Below, piece after piece: positions 49,674 through 60,380 of a DNA stretch of 64,000 nucleotides. Each line of letters starts with the position of its first letter. Position 1 is the first letter of the stretch. Source of the DNA: an uncultured delta proteobacterium (GTDB taxonomy: Bacteria > Desulfobacterota > Desulfobacteria > Desulfobacterales > UBA2156); contig CAVTQK010000021.1 of the NCBI GenBank assembly GCA_963736855.1, positions 576,001-640,000 of the forward strand, in the 5' to 3' direction. The position numbers and the translations under genes are program-made. The notes under the pieces are model-generated. The model did no database searches. It was not told the origin of the DNA and saw nothing but the letters and a program-made list of their open reading frames with translations.

Positions 49674-50375
49674 ATGATCATGGCCGGAAAAAATCCGTCT
49701 GAAGACTCCAACACCGTCGATGCCCTCATCGCCAAAAGCGGTATCATCAACAGACAGATTTTGAAATTCTATCGATATATGCGGTCAAGCGGATCGGGAG
49801 AAATCCCCTCCTCGAACGCCTCTCGTCTGGAACGGACGCACGATATAGTCCGCCGATACTTTGCGGCGGTTCGGATAAATACCCTTGCCGACCTCTTATA
49901 CACCTATTACCTTGGCGGTTCTCTCACCCGCCAGGATCAATTGACCTTCGCGAAAATTCACGGAATGGAGCATCGGGCCTATTTCCTAACCGGTTTCAAT
50001 GCCCTTTGCTGCGGAATTCCCACCGCGGCGATATATTTCCTGGTGGGTGAAGGATTTCAGATCCTCTCGCGGGTTCACTCCTTAACCGAGTTGCCCGCCC
50101 TGTTCGTCGGAAACGCCTCCTTCGGAATCGGTGGAATCAGTTTGGCCGTAGATCTTTTTCGGATGTTCGATGCCTTCTGGAACAAACGTTGCTGGGCACC
50201 CTTCGGCTTTCTTCCCGCGTTCATTAATTTCCCTACCTATCTCAAGATCGGCTATAACAGGATCAAGGCCGGGCGGACTGCAAAAGGGGCTTGCGAAAAG
50301 ACAAAGGCTGATACCCGATTGCCGGGATCGGTACCCGACCGGATATTTACAGGACAAGGAAATAGACATGAGTAA
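49674..50375 (+). CDS. Hypothetical membrane protein, first gene of the oadGB unit
   Basis: 233-aa ORF with 2-3 hydrophobic segments; overlaps the start of the next gene. Confidence 0.6.
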   Translation: MIMAGKNPSEDSNTVDALIAKSGIINRQILKFYRYMRSSGSGEIPSSNASRLERTHDIVRRYFAAVRINTLADLLYTYYLGGSLTRQDQLTFAKIHGMEHRAYFLTGFNALCCGIPTAAIYFLVGEGFQILSRVHSLTELPALFVGNASFGIGGISLAVDLFRMFDAFWNKRCWAPFGFLPAFINFPTYLKIGYNRIKAGRTAKGACEKTKADTRLPGSVPDRIFTGQGNRHE

Positions 50376-50514
50376 TTTGACCTTCGGTTTGACAATGATC
50401 GTCTTCGGCATGGGGGGCACGGTGCTAGCTCTTGCCTTGTTCAGTATGCTGATGACGGTCCTGAAAAAGGTTTTTCCCTTTGAAAAAGAGGATACGAAAA
50501 AAGGGAATGCGTAA
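50368..50514 (+). CDS. oadG: OadG-family small subunit of a Na+-translocating decarboxylase
   Basis: 48 aa; GLTMIVFGMGGTV single TM; AAGGA RBS; precedes the beta subunit. Confidence 0.78.
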   Translation: MSNLTFGLTMIVFGMGGTVLALALFSMLMTVLKKVFPFEKEDTKKGNA

Positions 50515-50550
50515 TATATACAAACACCTAACTTGCATGCGGGTGGAAAC

Positions 50551-51690
50551 ATGTTTCAAGCGATGATCGATGGACTCTTCGGACTCACGACGGGTTTTAC
50601 CAGCCTTCACTGGTCAAACCCGGTAATGATCGCCGTCGGCGGTCTTCTTCTGTATTTAGGAATTAAAAAAGATATCGAACCCCTCCTGTTGGTACCTATC
50701 GGTTTCGGCGCCATCCTCATCAACATCCCCGCAGCCGGACTCATGGAAGAAGAGGGATTCCTGAGGGTGATTTACAATATGGGCATCGCCACCGAGCTTT
50801 TTCCGCTTTTAATCTTTATCGGTATAGGTGCCATGACGGATTTCGGTCCTTTACTGGAAAATCCGAAGATCTTTCTTCTGGGTGCCGCGGGACAATTCGG
50901 CATTTTTTTGACCATCGGGCTGGCCCTGCTCTTTGGGTTTTCCCAACTGGATGCGGTAGCTATCGGCATCATCGGCGCCTGTGACGGTCCCACGGCCATC
51001 TATGTTTCATCCAAATACGCCCCCCATCTGCTAGGGGCCGTTTCAGTGGCTGCCTATTCTTACATGAGCCTGGTGCCGATCATCCAGCCCCCGATCATGC
51101 GGGCATTGACCACCCAGAAAGAGCGAATCGTCCGCATGGACGTCGAGACGACGCCTGCCTCCAAAACCGCAAGGATCCTGTTTCCCATTGTCGTAACCAT
51201 TGTCGGCGGGCTCATTGCCCCCCAGGGGCTTCCGCTTTTGGGAACGATCATGCTGGGGAATCTGATGAAGGAATCAGGGGCCGTCGCCCGGCTGAGCAAG
51301 GCTTCCGAAAATGAGATCGCCAACGTGGTCACCTTACTCCTCGGTATTTCCATTGGCGCCACCATGGAGGGGAAAGCTTTTTTGAAGTTCCAGACCCTGC
51401 TCATTCTTGCGTTTGGATTTCTGGCCATCTGCCTCGATACGGTTTGTGGCGTACTTTTTGGAAGGCTCATGTGTGCCATGACAGGGGGAAAGATCAACCC
51501 TCTCATCGGTGCTGCCGGAATTTCCGCCTACCCCATGGCCGCCCGCGTGGTTCAGCGGGAAGGGGTGAAGTATGATAAACACAACTTCCTCCTCATGCAT
51601 GCCGTCGGAGCCAATACCGGCGGCCAGGTAGGTTCGGTGATGGCCGCAGCCATCATGCTGTCGGTATTGAAAGGTATAGGCATTATCTAA
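50551..51690 (+). CDS. oadB: Na+-translocating decarboxylase beta subunit (OadB/MmdB/GcdB family)
   Basis: EPLLLVPIGFG, GAMTDFGPL, IGACDGPT, YSYMSLVPIIQPP, NFLLMHA. Confidence 0.93.
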   Translation: MFQAMIDGLFGLTTGFTSLHWSNPVMIAVGGLLLYLGIKKDIEPLLLVPIGFGAILINIPAAGLMEEEGFLRVIYNMGIATELFPLLIFIGIGAMTDFGPLLENPKIFLLGAAGQFGIFLTIGLALLFGFSQLDAVAIGIIGACDGPTAIYVSSKYAPHLLGAVSVAAYSYMSLVPIIQPPIMRALTTQKERIVRMDVETTPASKTARILFPIVVTIVGGLIAPQGLPLLGTIMLGNLMKESGAVARLSKASENEIANVVTLLLGISIGATMEGKAFLKFQTLLILAFGFLAICLDTVCGVLFGRLMCAMTGGKINPLIGAAGISAYPMAARVVQREGVKYDKHNFLLMHAVGANTGGQVGSVMAAAIMLSVLKGIGII

Positions 51691-51764
51691 AATCGTTTAG
51701 GGATCCATCGTTCGTCCATCTTGCAAGTCCTCAAGAAGGCTCTATCGGATGAAGGGGAATCCGT

Positions 51765-51793
51765 TTGACAGGGATTCAGGTTAACTTTATAAT
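51765..51793 (+). promoter_or_regulatory. Consensus sigma70 promoter of the TAXI-TRAP operon
   Basis: TTGACA-17 nt-TATAAT, a perfect consensus. Confidence 0.8.
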
Positions 51794-51843
51794 TCGTTAT
51801 GCTTTGGGTTCTATTCAATCTATCTGAGAAAAGGAGGATCACA

Positions 51844-52824
51844 ATGAAAAAAACTTGGCTGGGTGTGGGTCTTTTGCTGATACTGCTTGTGTTTGTTTCG
51901 GCGCCTTTAGCCGCGGATAAGGCTGGGTGGCCCAAAGGGGTAACCATAGGAGCGGCTCCGGTCGGCGGCACATATTACATCTGGGCTGGCGGTTATGCAA
52001 AACTGCTTCACGATAAAATGGGAATCCCGGGCAACGTGGAAGTAACCGGCGGCCCGGTGCACAACACCCAATTGGTCGATCTCAAAAAGCTGGACTTCGG
52101 CATGGTCACCGCAGGCCCGGTGTGGGAAGGATTCCATGGAGAGGGTTGGGCCAAAGGGAAAAAGCACGAAAATGTCCGGGTGATTTTTCCCATGTATACC
52201 ACTTACTTCCAGATGTATTCCCTGAGTAAAACCGGTATTAAAAGCATTCTGGACCTGAACGGAAAAAGTGTCGGCGTAGGTCCTGTCGGCGGGACACCGG
52301 CAACGTACTGGCCGATCATTTTTGAGGCGGGCGGTATCAAGCCGGGAAGGATCGTCAACGCCGGATCGGCGGACCTGAATTCGCAGTTAAAAGACGGAAT
52401 GCTCGATGCCAATGGGCAGTCAGTGGGTTTGCCCTGGGTGACGATTACCGAAATCGAAACCACTCATGATGTGAATGCCTATGGCGTTCCGGCAAATGTT
52501 GCCGACAATTTCGTTAAAAAATATCCATACTTCTCCAAAGGATTCATTCCCAAAGGAACTTACAAGAGCAATAAAGACAAGGACATCGAAACGTTGACCG
52601 TGTGGAATTTCATGACCGTGCATAAAGATACTCCGGACGATTTCGTTTATGCTGTTTTGGATGCGACATTTAAAAATGTGGACATCCTGATCGCAACCCA
52701 CCCATCGGCTTCGGAAACAAAGGCGGAAAACATCGTCTTCAGCCCGGTCCCGCTTCATCCCGGCGCAGTGAAGTACTACAAAGAAAAAGGAATCAAGCTT
52801 CCCGATCAGCTGCTTGCCAAATAA
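51844..52824 (+). CDS. TAXI-family TRAP transporter solute receptor
   Basis: Signal peptide; GGTYY, VTGGPVHN, PLHPGAVKYY. Confidence 0.92.
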   Translation: MKKTWLGVGLLLILLVFVSAPLAADKAGWPKGVTIGAAPVGGTYYIWAGGYAKLLHDKMGIPGNVEVTGGPVHNTQLVDLKKLDFGMVTAGPVWEGFHGEGWAKGKKHENVRVIFPMYTTYFQMYSLSKTGIKSILDLNGKSVGVGPVGGTPATYWPIIFEAGGIKPGRIVNAGSADLNSQLKDGMLDANGQSVGLPWVTITEIETTHDVNAYGVPANVADNFVKKYPYFSKGFIPKGTYKSNKDKDIETLTVWNFMTVHKDTPDDFVYAVLDATFKNVDILIATHPSASETKAENIVFSPVPLHPGAVKYYKEKGIKLPDQLLAK

Positions 52825-52965
52825 TCGCTTGCAGAAAAATCGGGAGCAACAAAGCGTGCGGATGTCCACATAACAAGGGGGGCCATCCGCACTTTTTTCT
52901 TGTAAGCGATTTGCTAAGCCACGGAAATGCCTTAGATACCTGGACCCGTAAAAAGGAGAGAACCC

Positions 52966-54915
52966 GTGCCTGATGTCCAACCAGTAGATCTCAAGGAAGT
53001 CGAAAAGAAACTCGAGGAGATGCATATCAAGGACCTCGAGATCGGCGGGAAAAGGGAGCTCAAAGGTCCCCTCGCGGCCGCCGTTTTCATCATCGGCATC
53101 CTCATGAGCCTGTTTCACATTTATGTTCTCACCATACGACCCATCGATCCCTGGTATTTTCGCTCCATGCATGTGGTCTTTGCCGGCATGCTGGTCTTCG
53201 CCCTTGTGCCCGGGTGGAAAGGAGCCGGAAAAAACAGAATGCATATCCTCGACTATGTGTTGATCCTCATGCTGATCGTGCCTGTGGTCTACATTTTTAT
53301 CGATTTCGACGACTGGATTTATCGTGTGGGAGTTGTCCCTACTTCCTGGGATTTCTTCTTTTCCACGCTCTTTGTGATCGCGGTCTGGGAAATGGCAAGA
53401 AGAACAACGGGATGGTCTCTCGCCATCTTGTCCGCCGTTTTCATTCTCTACGGACATTTCGGAAATTACATGCCCGGACTCTTTTACCATAAAGGGTATG
53501 CCTTTGACCGGATGATGACCTATCTCTTCAGCCTGGACGGTATCTTCAGCCTCCCGGTACTCGCCTCCGCCCATTATATTTTCCTTTTCGTCCTTTTCGG
53601 CGCCTTTGTGGAAGCGTCGGGCGCAGGAAAATTTTTCGTCGATTTCGCCCGCTGTGCCGCCGGTCGCCTTCGGGGTGGGCCTGCCAAGGTGTCCATCATT
53701 TCCAGTGCCTTGATCGGTACAGCCTCTGGATCCTCCGTCGCCAATGTGGTGGTAGACGGCGTGTTCAATATCCCCCTGATGAAGGCCAGCGGCTTCAAAT
53801 CCTCCGTGGCCGGTGCCATAGAAGCAATGAACTCCAGCGGCGGACAGATCGTTCCCCCGGTCATGGGCGCCGGTGCATTTCTTATGGCTGAAATCCTGGG
53901 AGTACCTTATTCTCAGGTGGCCTTGGCCGCCATCATCCCGGCCGTTTTGTATTATGTGTCCGCATACTGGATGATCGATTTTTACGCCGCCTCGGAAGGA
54001 TTGGTGGGACTGCGTAAGGAAGAGCTGCCGGTTTTTCGGAAAATCATGGCCGAAAAAGGGTACCTCCTGGCGCCCATCGTAATCTTGCTGTTCTGCCTCA
54101 TGGTATTGATGTATTCTCCCTACCGCAGCGCCCTTTACGGAATTATTTCACTGATCATAGCCAGCTGGATCCGGAAAAGCACCCGGATGAGCCTCAAGGA
54201 CATCATCAAGACCCTTTCCGATGGGGCCAAAGGATCCATGGAGATCGCGGCCACCTGCGCTACAGCGGGAATTATCGTCGGGGTTCTGACCCAGACCGGT
54301 CTGGGTCAGAAGTTCGCCATGATCATTTTCAGTTACTCCGGCGGCTATCTTTTACTGGGCCTAATTTTCACTATGATCATCGCCGTCGTCCTGGGTATGG
54401 GGATGCCGACGACCGCGGCGTACGCCATTTCAGCCTCAGTTCTGGCGCCCGCACTGATCCGGGAATTCCATGTGGCTCCAATGGCTGCCCATATGTTCAT
54501 CTTCTATTTTGCTTGTCTATCCGCTCTGACCCCTCCTGTTGCACTGGCTTCATTTGCCGCTGCGGCCATTGCCTCGGCAAGACTCTGGGATGTGGGATGG
54601 ATGGGAATGAAATTCGCACTGGCGGGATTCCTGATTCCCTTTATGTTCGTCTATGGTCCGTCCATGGTGTTGGTGGGTTCTGGAACCGAAATCACGCTGA
54701 CCATCATCACCGGCATAATCGGAGTAACCGCACTCGCTGCAGCGGTTCAAGGCTACCTCTTGAAAAGAGCGAACCTGCTGGAGCGAATCCTTCTTCTGAT
54801 CGCAGCTCTGGCTCTCATCAAGCCCGGATGGATGACCGATATGGCCGGCGCAGCGATTTTGATCGTCGTTGTAGTATTTCAATTCATTAAGCGAAGACAG
54901 GCTACTGGAGCGTAA
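52966..54915 (+). CDS. TRAP transporter 4TM/12TM fusion permease
   Basis: GGPAKV, SGSSVANV, GGQIVPPVMGAGAF, LGMGMPT, TPPVALA. Confidence 0.93.
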   Translation: MPDVQPVDLKEVEKKLEEMHIKDLEIGGKRELKGPLAAAVFIIGILMSLFHIYVLTIRPIDPWYFRSMHVVFAGMLVFALVPGWKGAGKNRMHILDYVLILMLIVPVVYIFIDFDDWIYRVGVVPTSWDFFFSTLFVIAVWEMARRTTGWSLAILSAVFILYGHFGNYMPGLFYHKGYAFDRMMTYLFSLDGIFSLPVLASAHYIFLFVLFGAFVEASGAGKFFVDFARCAAGRLRGGPAKVSIISSALIGTASGSSVANVVVDGVFNIPLMKASGFKSSVAGAIEAMNSSGGQIVPPVMGAGAFLMAEILGVPYSQVALAAIIPAVLYYVSAYWMIDFYAASEGLVGLRKEELPVFRKIMAEKGYLLAPIVILLFCLMVLMYSPYRSALYGIISLIIASWIRKSTRMSLKDIIKTLSDGAKGSMEIAATCATAGIIVGVLTQTGLGQKFAMIIFSYSGGYLLLGLIFTMIIAVVLGMGMPTTAAYAISASVLAPALIREFHVAPMAAHMFIFYFACLSALTPPVALASFAAAAIASARLWDVGWMGMKFALAGFLIPFMFVYGPSMVLVGSGTEITLTIITGIIGVTALAAAVQGYLLKRANLLERILLLIAALALIKPGWMTDMAGAAILIVVVVFQFIKRRQATGA

Positions 54916-54916
54916 A

Positions 54917-55990
54917 TTGGCCGGATCGTATCGAATCGCCGTCATCCCCGGCGATGGGATTGGAAAAGAAGTCGTCTCCATCGGCATCGACTGTCTGAAA
55001 ACCATCCAGGAGCTGCTCGGCTCCATAAAGTTCGAGTTCGTCTATTTTCCGTGGGGTAGCGAGTTTTTCCTGAAACACGGCAGAATGATGCCTGACGACG
55101 GGCTGAAAACGTTGGCTGTCTTTCAGTCCATCTATTTAGGCGCAGTGGGAGACCCCCGAGTTCCGGATCACGTCACGCTCCATGGTCTTTTGATCCCCAT
55201 CAAGATGGGCTTTGATCTCTATGCCGGACTGCGACCCGCTTTTCTTTTCCCTGGTGTTGAAAGCCCTCTGGTACATGCCTCGGAAACAGGGATCGATATT
55301 GTGGTGATCCGGGAAAACAGCGAAGGAGAGTATTGTCCCATCGGGGGCAGACACGGCCGGATGGAACACCACCTGGCGGTCCAGACCGCCCTGTTTACCA
55401 GGATCGGCTGTGAACGCATCATCACCTATGCCTTCGAGTATGCCAGGACGAAAAAGAGAAAAAAGGTGACCTCCATCACCAAATCCAATGCCCAAATCTA
55501 TGGAATGGTCCTTTGGGATGAAATTTTTAAAGAAACGGCCGCCAGGTTTCCGGATATTTCAACGGAATCGAAACTTGTCGATGCCGCCTGCCACGATGTG
55601 GTTCGAAAACCGGAATCATTTGATGTCATCGTCGCCTCCAACCTCTTTGCAGACATACTTTCCGATCTCACCGCGGCGATTGTCGGGGGCCTGGGGATTG
55701 CCCCCGGTGGAAGTTTCAACCCCAAGGATCAGAGTCTCCCCGGACTCTTTGATCCCGTACATGGGTCCGCTCCGGACATTGCCGGGAAATGGATCGCCAA
55801 TCCTCTGGGAGCCGTACTGACCGCCTCAATGATGCTGGAGCAACTGGGGGAGACAGAGGCGGCAGGACTCATTTACAAGGCGGTGCGCATAAACTTAGGC
55901 GAAAAAAAAGTGAGAACCCGGGATCTGGGGGGAAAATCCGGCACCAAAGAAGTCGGCAAAGACCTTATTCGCATCCTGAAATCCTTTTGA
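54917..55990 (+). CDS. Tartrate/D-malate-type beta-decarboxylating dehydrogenase (isocitrate/isopropylmalate DH family)
   Basis: IPGDGIGKEV, RENSEGEY, TKSN, NLFADILSDL, HGSAPDIAGK. Confidence 0.85.
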   Translation: MAGSYRIAVIPGDGIGKEVVSIGIDCLKTIQELLGSIKFEFVYFPWGSEFFLKHGRMMPDDGLKTLAVFQSIYLGAVGDPRVPDHVTLHGLLIPIKMGFDLYAGLRPAFLFPGVESPLVHASETGIDIVVIRENSEGEYCPIGGRHGRMEHHLAVQTALFTRIGCERIITYAFEYARTKKRKKVTSITKSNAQIYGMVLWDEIFKETAARFPDISTESKLVDAACHDVVRKPESFDVIVASNLFADILSDLTAAIVGGLGIAPGGSFNPKDQSLPGLFDPVHGSAPDIAGKWIANPLGAVLTASMMLEQLGETEAAGLIYKAVRINLGEKKVRTRDLGGKSGTKEVGKDLIRILKSF

Positions 55991-56027
55991 TCGAACCGCA
56001 CGAAACCAAAATTGTGTAGGGACTTCG

Positions 56028-57435
56028 ATGGGTATTTTGGCCATCGATCAGGGAACCCACGCCACCCGGGCAATGCTTCTGGACGACCGGGGTGCTGTCC
56101 TGGCCTCCCGTTTTATCCCGGTTTCCCTTTGCCGTCAGGGACGCAACCGAGTGGAACAGGACCCGACGGAGATCGCCGAATCCGTTCGCATTGCAATCAA
56201 GAAATCTCCTTTCGATTCGCAGCGTTCGATCCCATGAAATTGCAGCAGCCGGGATGGCCACCCAGCGATCCAGCATCGTGGCATGGGACCGAAGGAACGG
56301 AAATCCTCTCTCTCCGGTCTTAAGCTGGCAGGATCATCGCCGCGCCGTATGGCTCAATAAGATTCGCACTCATTCCGAAAAAATTAAAACCATCAACGGT
56401 CTTCACCTGACTCCCTACTATGGCGCCAGCAAAATGCGATGGTGCTTAGAAAACCTTCCGAAAGTCCGCCTGGCATACAGAAACGGTTATCTGGCCATAG
56501 GTCCCCTTGCCAGCTTTCTGATCTTCCATTTGCTCAAATCAAATCCCGTAGTCGTGGATCATGCCAATGCCCAGCGTACGCAGCTTTTTTCCCTGAAAAG
56601 CCTGAACTGGGATCCGTGGCTTTGCTCTCTTTTCGGCGTTCCTGTGGAACTCCTTCCCCGCTGTCTTCCCATTTGTCATAACTATGGAATCCTCAAGCAT
56701 GCACAGATTCCGCTCTTGACCGTCAACGGCGATCAGACCGCCGCTTTCTTCTCCCGCGGCAAACCTCAATGCAATACCGCCGTCATCAACATCGGAAGCG
56801 GAGCCTTTGTCCTGAAATCCACGAGGAATCGGCTGATCGCGGATCCGGAGCTTCTTTCCGGCATCGCCGACAGTACTTTCGGAAAAGTAGAATACGTCAT
56901 GGAAGGAACCGTCAACGGTGCCTCTTCCGCTTTGGCGTGGGCTGTAAAAAAATGGAACCTTCCAGATCCCGAAAAGAACTTGGACTCTTGGCTGACGCAA
57001 TCCGGAGAGGTCCCTATATTCATCAACACCATCGGAGGCTTAGGTTCGCCGTGGTGGAAACCCGGTCCGCCGGCATATCTTGTGGGTCCCGAAGCACCTT
57101 GGCAGGTCGCTGCGGGTGTGTTGGAAAGCATCCTCTTCATGCTCATGGTCAACATGGAAAGGATAGCCCAAACCGGCAAGGCTTTCCGACGGATTCAGAT
57201 CAGCGGCGGGTTATCCGGCTCTGACGGTGTATGCCGGCGCCTTTCCGACCTGACGCAACTTCCGGTTTACCGTCCTGCAGAAACCGAAGCCACCGCCAGG
57301 GGAATTGCTTGGCTGGCCCTTAGACGACCGCCCCGGTGGCCAGAACCCGGGCGCGGAAAATGGTTCCACCCTCACCCGAATCCGCATATACAGGAGCGCT
57401 TCCGAAAATTTAGGTACCTGATGGATGCCCTCTAG
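56028..57435 (+). CDS. FGGY-family (glycerol kinase-like) carbohydrate kinase; frameshift near 56203
   Basis: ILAIDQGT...VEQDP in one frame; ATQRSS..WD, SWQD, GDQ.AA, EGTV, GLGSPWW in the next. Confidence 0.85.
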
Positions 57436-57436
57436 G

Positions 57437-58522
57437 CTACCGGGAACCAATCTGCTTTTGGCTGTCTTTATCGAAGAGATGGATATGCTGAGGAGAAACG
57501 GAAAGGTGCAATTCCGCACCTTTTTCCACGCGGACGTTCTCGGTGAGGCGAACCGTCAGCGGGGAGTCAGCCTCCAAGAGCCGACCGTGCACCAAGGTAT
57601 CCGCACCGAGCATCTCCGCGTGGTCTACTTTGAATCGGATGGGGCCTGAAGGATCCGCGGCAAGCTTCAGGTGTTCCGGGCGCATCCCCACGATGACCGT
57701 TTTTTCCCGGTATTCCGGAATTCCCTTTTCCGGCAGTGGTAGAAAGAGATTTCCCGAAAGCACCACCGCTTTTCCATCTCCGGTCACCCTTGCATCGAAA
57801 AAATTCATGGCCGGAGAGCCGATGAATCCTGCCACGAATGTATTGGCCGGCAATCCATAAATCTCCAGAGGTGATCCGATCTGCTCGGCGGAACCGTTTT
57901 CCATGATCAGGAGGCGATCTCCCAGGGTCATGGCCTCCACCTGGTCGTGTGTGACATAGATGCTCGTAATGTGCAGGTCTTCGTGGAGTCTGCGGATCTC
58001 CAGCCGCATTTGGACCCTTAACTTGGCATCCAGGTTGCTCAGGGGCTCGTCGAATAAAAAAGCCTTGGGCTCCCTCACGATGCAACGTCCCATGGCCACC
58101 CGTTGTCTCTGCCCTCCGGAAAGCTCCCTCGGTTTTCGATTCAACAATTCAGTCAGTTCCAGAACCCTTGCGGCAGCAAGAACCCGTTTTTGAATCTCGG
58201 GTTTGGGCATCCGCCGGATCTTGAGCCCGTAAGCCATATTGTTGAATACGGTCATGTGGGGATAGAGAGCATAAGTTTGAAAAACCATGGCGATATCCCG
58301 GGCAGCCGGCTCCAGGTCGTTGACCCGTTTTTCGTCGATTAAGATTTCCCCTGAAGTGACCGCTTCCAGCCCGGCGATCATCCTCAGCACCGTCGACTTC
58401 CCGCATCCGGAAGGCCCCAGAATCACCAGGAATTCACCATCGGCGATATCGCAGGAGATGCCATGGATGATCTCGGTTTTACCGAAGGACTTGCGTATAT
58501 CTTTCAAGTTGATTCGGGCCAT
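57437..58522 (-). CDS. ugpC: sn-glycerol-3-phosphate ABC transporter ATPase
   Basis: GPSGCGKST, LSGGQRQRVAMGR, NLDAKLRVQMRLEI. Confidence 0.93.
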   Translation of the reverse strand: MARINLKDIRKSFGKTEIIHGISCDIADGEFLVILGPSGCGKSTVLRMIAGLEAVTSGEILIDEKRVNDLEPAARDIAMVFQTYALYPHMTVFNNMAYGLKIRRMPKPEIQKRVLAAARVLELTELLNRKPRELSGGQRQRVAMGRCIVREPKAFLFDEPLSNLDAKLRVQMRLEIRRLHEDLHITSIYVTHDQVEAMTLGDRLLIMENGSAEQIGSPLEIYGLPANTFVAGFIGSPAMNFFDARVTGDGKAVVLSGNLFLPLPEKGIPEYREKTVIVGMRPEHLKLAADPSGPIRFKVDHAEMLGADTLVHGRLLEADSPLTVRLTENVRVEKGAELHLSVSPQHIHLFDKDSQKQIGSR

Positions 58523-58531
58523 AGCACACCC

Positions 58532-59374
58532 TCATTTTTCCGTTTCGGTGATGCCTCGGACGAACTGCTTTTGCATGAAGATGACGATGAGCACCGGCGG
58601 CAGCATAGCCAGCATGGTTGAAGCCATGATGATATGCCATTCCGCCTGCCCTTCCCCCACATCCAGCATGCGTTTGATCCCGATCAACAGGGTATAATAG
58701 CGTTCGTCGGTGGTGATCAGAAGCGGCCATAAATATTGGTTCCAGCCGTAGATGAAGAGAATGACGAAAAGCGCTGCAATGGATGTTTTCGACATGGGAA
58801 GGAGGATATCGAAAAAAAACCGCAGCGGCCCTCCCCCGTCGATGCGATGGGCTTCACACAGCTCGTCGGGAACGGTCAAGAAAAACTGCCGGAATAAAAA
58901 GGTGGCGGTTGCCGATGCGATCAATGGGAGAATGAGGCCGGTGTAGGAATCGAGGATCTTGAGATCCGAAGCCACCTTATAGGTCGGCAGAATTCGAACT
59001 TCTACCGGGAGCATCAACGTAATAAAAATCATCCAGAAAAAAAACATGCGCAAGCGGAATCGAAAATAGACCACCGCGAAGGCGGCAAAAAGCGAGATAA
59101 CGATTTTCCCGATTGTGATTCCCAGCGCCATGATCAGGCTGTTAAGCATCATGGCGCCGACGGTTACGCCTACGTCTCTCGGACCCACGGTAATGGCCCG
59201 AAGATAATTTTGAACCAGGTGCCGTCCAGGGAGCAGGGGGAAGGATCCGGTGATCTCATCGAGAGTGTGAGTCGAGGCGACGAAGGTCACATATATGGGG
59301 AAGGCCACCACCACGATTCCGGCGATGAGCACGGCATGGGTAAAAAGGGTCAGCCAGGGGCGACGCTCGACCAT
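58532..59374 (-). CDS. ugpE: sn-glycerol-3-phosphate ABC transporter permease
   Basis: MVERRPWL, TLMLPVEVRI, ASATATFLFRQFF, WNQYLWPLL. Confidence 0.95.
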   Translation of the reverse strand: MVERRPWLTLFTHAVLIAGIVVVAFPIYVTFVASTHTLDEITGSFPLLPGRHLVQNYLRAITVGPRDVGVTVGAMMLNSLIMALGITIGKIVISLFAAFAVVYFRFRLRMFFFWMIFITLMLPVEVRILPTYKVASDLKILDSYTGLILPLIASATATFLFRQFFLTVPDELCEAHRIDGGGPLRFFFDILLPMSKTSIAALFVILFIYGWNQYLWPLLITTDERYYTLLIGIKRMLDVGEGQAEWHIIMASTMLAMLPPVLIVIFMQKQFVRGITETEK

Positions 59375-59375
59375 T

Positions 59376-60257
59376 TCAGTAGTGCACCTTTCGCTCGATG
59401 TACCGAAACTGGATGACCGTAAGCCCGATGACGATGACCATCAGTATCACGGATTGCGCGGCGGACCCGCCCAGATCCAAATTCAAAAATCCGTCGTGAT
59501 AGACTTTGAAGACCAGAATGTTGGTGGCTTGGTTTGGACCTCCTCTCGTGAGGGCATGCACCACCCCGAAGGTGTCGAAAAAGGCGTACACGATATTGAC
59601 CACGACAAGAAAAAAGGCCGTGGGTGAAAGAAGTGGAAAGACGATGGTCCAAAACCGTCTAAACGGACGGGCTCCGTCCATGGCCGCCGCCTCGATGAGG
59701 GATTTGGGAATGGCCTGCAGGCCGGCTAGAAAAAAAAGAAAATTATAAGATATTTCCCGCCATGCCGCCGCAAGGATTACCAGCAGGAGGGCCTGTCCTC
59801 CATTGAGCGTGTGGTTCCACTGGTAGCCCAGCTTCTCCAGATAGAAGGTCACGATCCCGACAGTAGGGTTAAAGAGGAAAAACCATAAGGCCGCCGCCAC
59901 TACCGGGGCCACGGCATAAGGCCATATGATGAGGGCCTTGTAAACCGTAGCTCTCTTGATGACGCGATCCGCCATTACCGCCAGAAACAAGGCCATGGAC
60001 ATAGCCGTGGCAGCCACGGAAAAACTGAAGATTACGGTGACGCGGATGGAGTGAAGGTATATCGGATCATTGAAAATATCGATAAAGTTTTTCAACCCGA
60101 CGAACCGGGAGGAAAGCCCGAACGGATCTTCCTGCAATACACTCTGAAAAAGGGCTTGGGAAGCAGGCCAGAAAAAAAAGACCGCCGTGATGAGAATCTG
60201 TGGGGCGACCAAAAAATACGGAAGCACCCGGTTGTCGAAGACGACGCGCTTTTCCAT
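59376..60257 (-). CDS. ugpA: sn-glycerol-3-phosphate ABC transporter permease
   Basis: [40 protein letters not shown]. Confidence 0.95.
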   Translation of the reverse strand: MEKRVVFDNRVLPYFLVAPQILITAVFFFWPASQALFQSVLQEDPFGLSSRFVGLKNFIDIFNDPIYLHSIRVTVIFSFSVAATAMSMALFLAVMADRVIKRATVYKALIIWPYAVAPVVAAALWFFLFNPTVGIVTFYLEKLGYQWNHTLNGGQALLLVILAAAWREISYNFLFFLAGLQAIPKSLIEAAAMDGARPFRRFWTIVFPLLSPTAFFLVVVNIVYAFFDTFGVVHALTRGGPNQATNILVFKVYHDGFLNLDLGGSAAQSVILMVIVIGLTVIQFRYIERKVHY

Positions 60258-60284
60258 TCCGGTTCTGGATTCCTATCTATAGGA

Positions 60285-60320
60285 CCGGATCCCCTCCCCG
60301 GATCGGGGGTGAGGATCCGG
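60285..60320. repeat. GC-rich intergenic hairpin between ugpB and ugpA
   Basis: CCGGATCC.CTCCCCG/CGGGGGTG.GGATCCGG; typical position for an mRNA stabiliser or attenuator. Confidence 0.6.
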
Positions 60321-60380
60321 ATCGTTGAGTGAATCAAGCTTCCCGGATTATCAGCCAGGTAAAATCAGACCATGCTTTTA

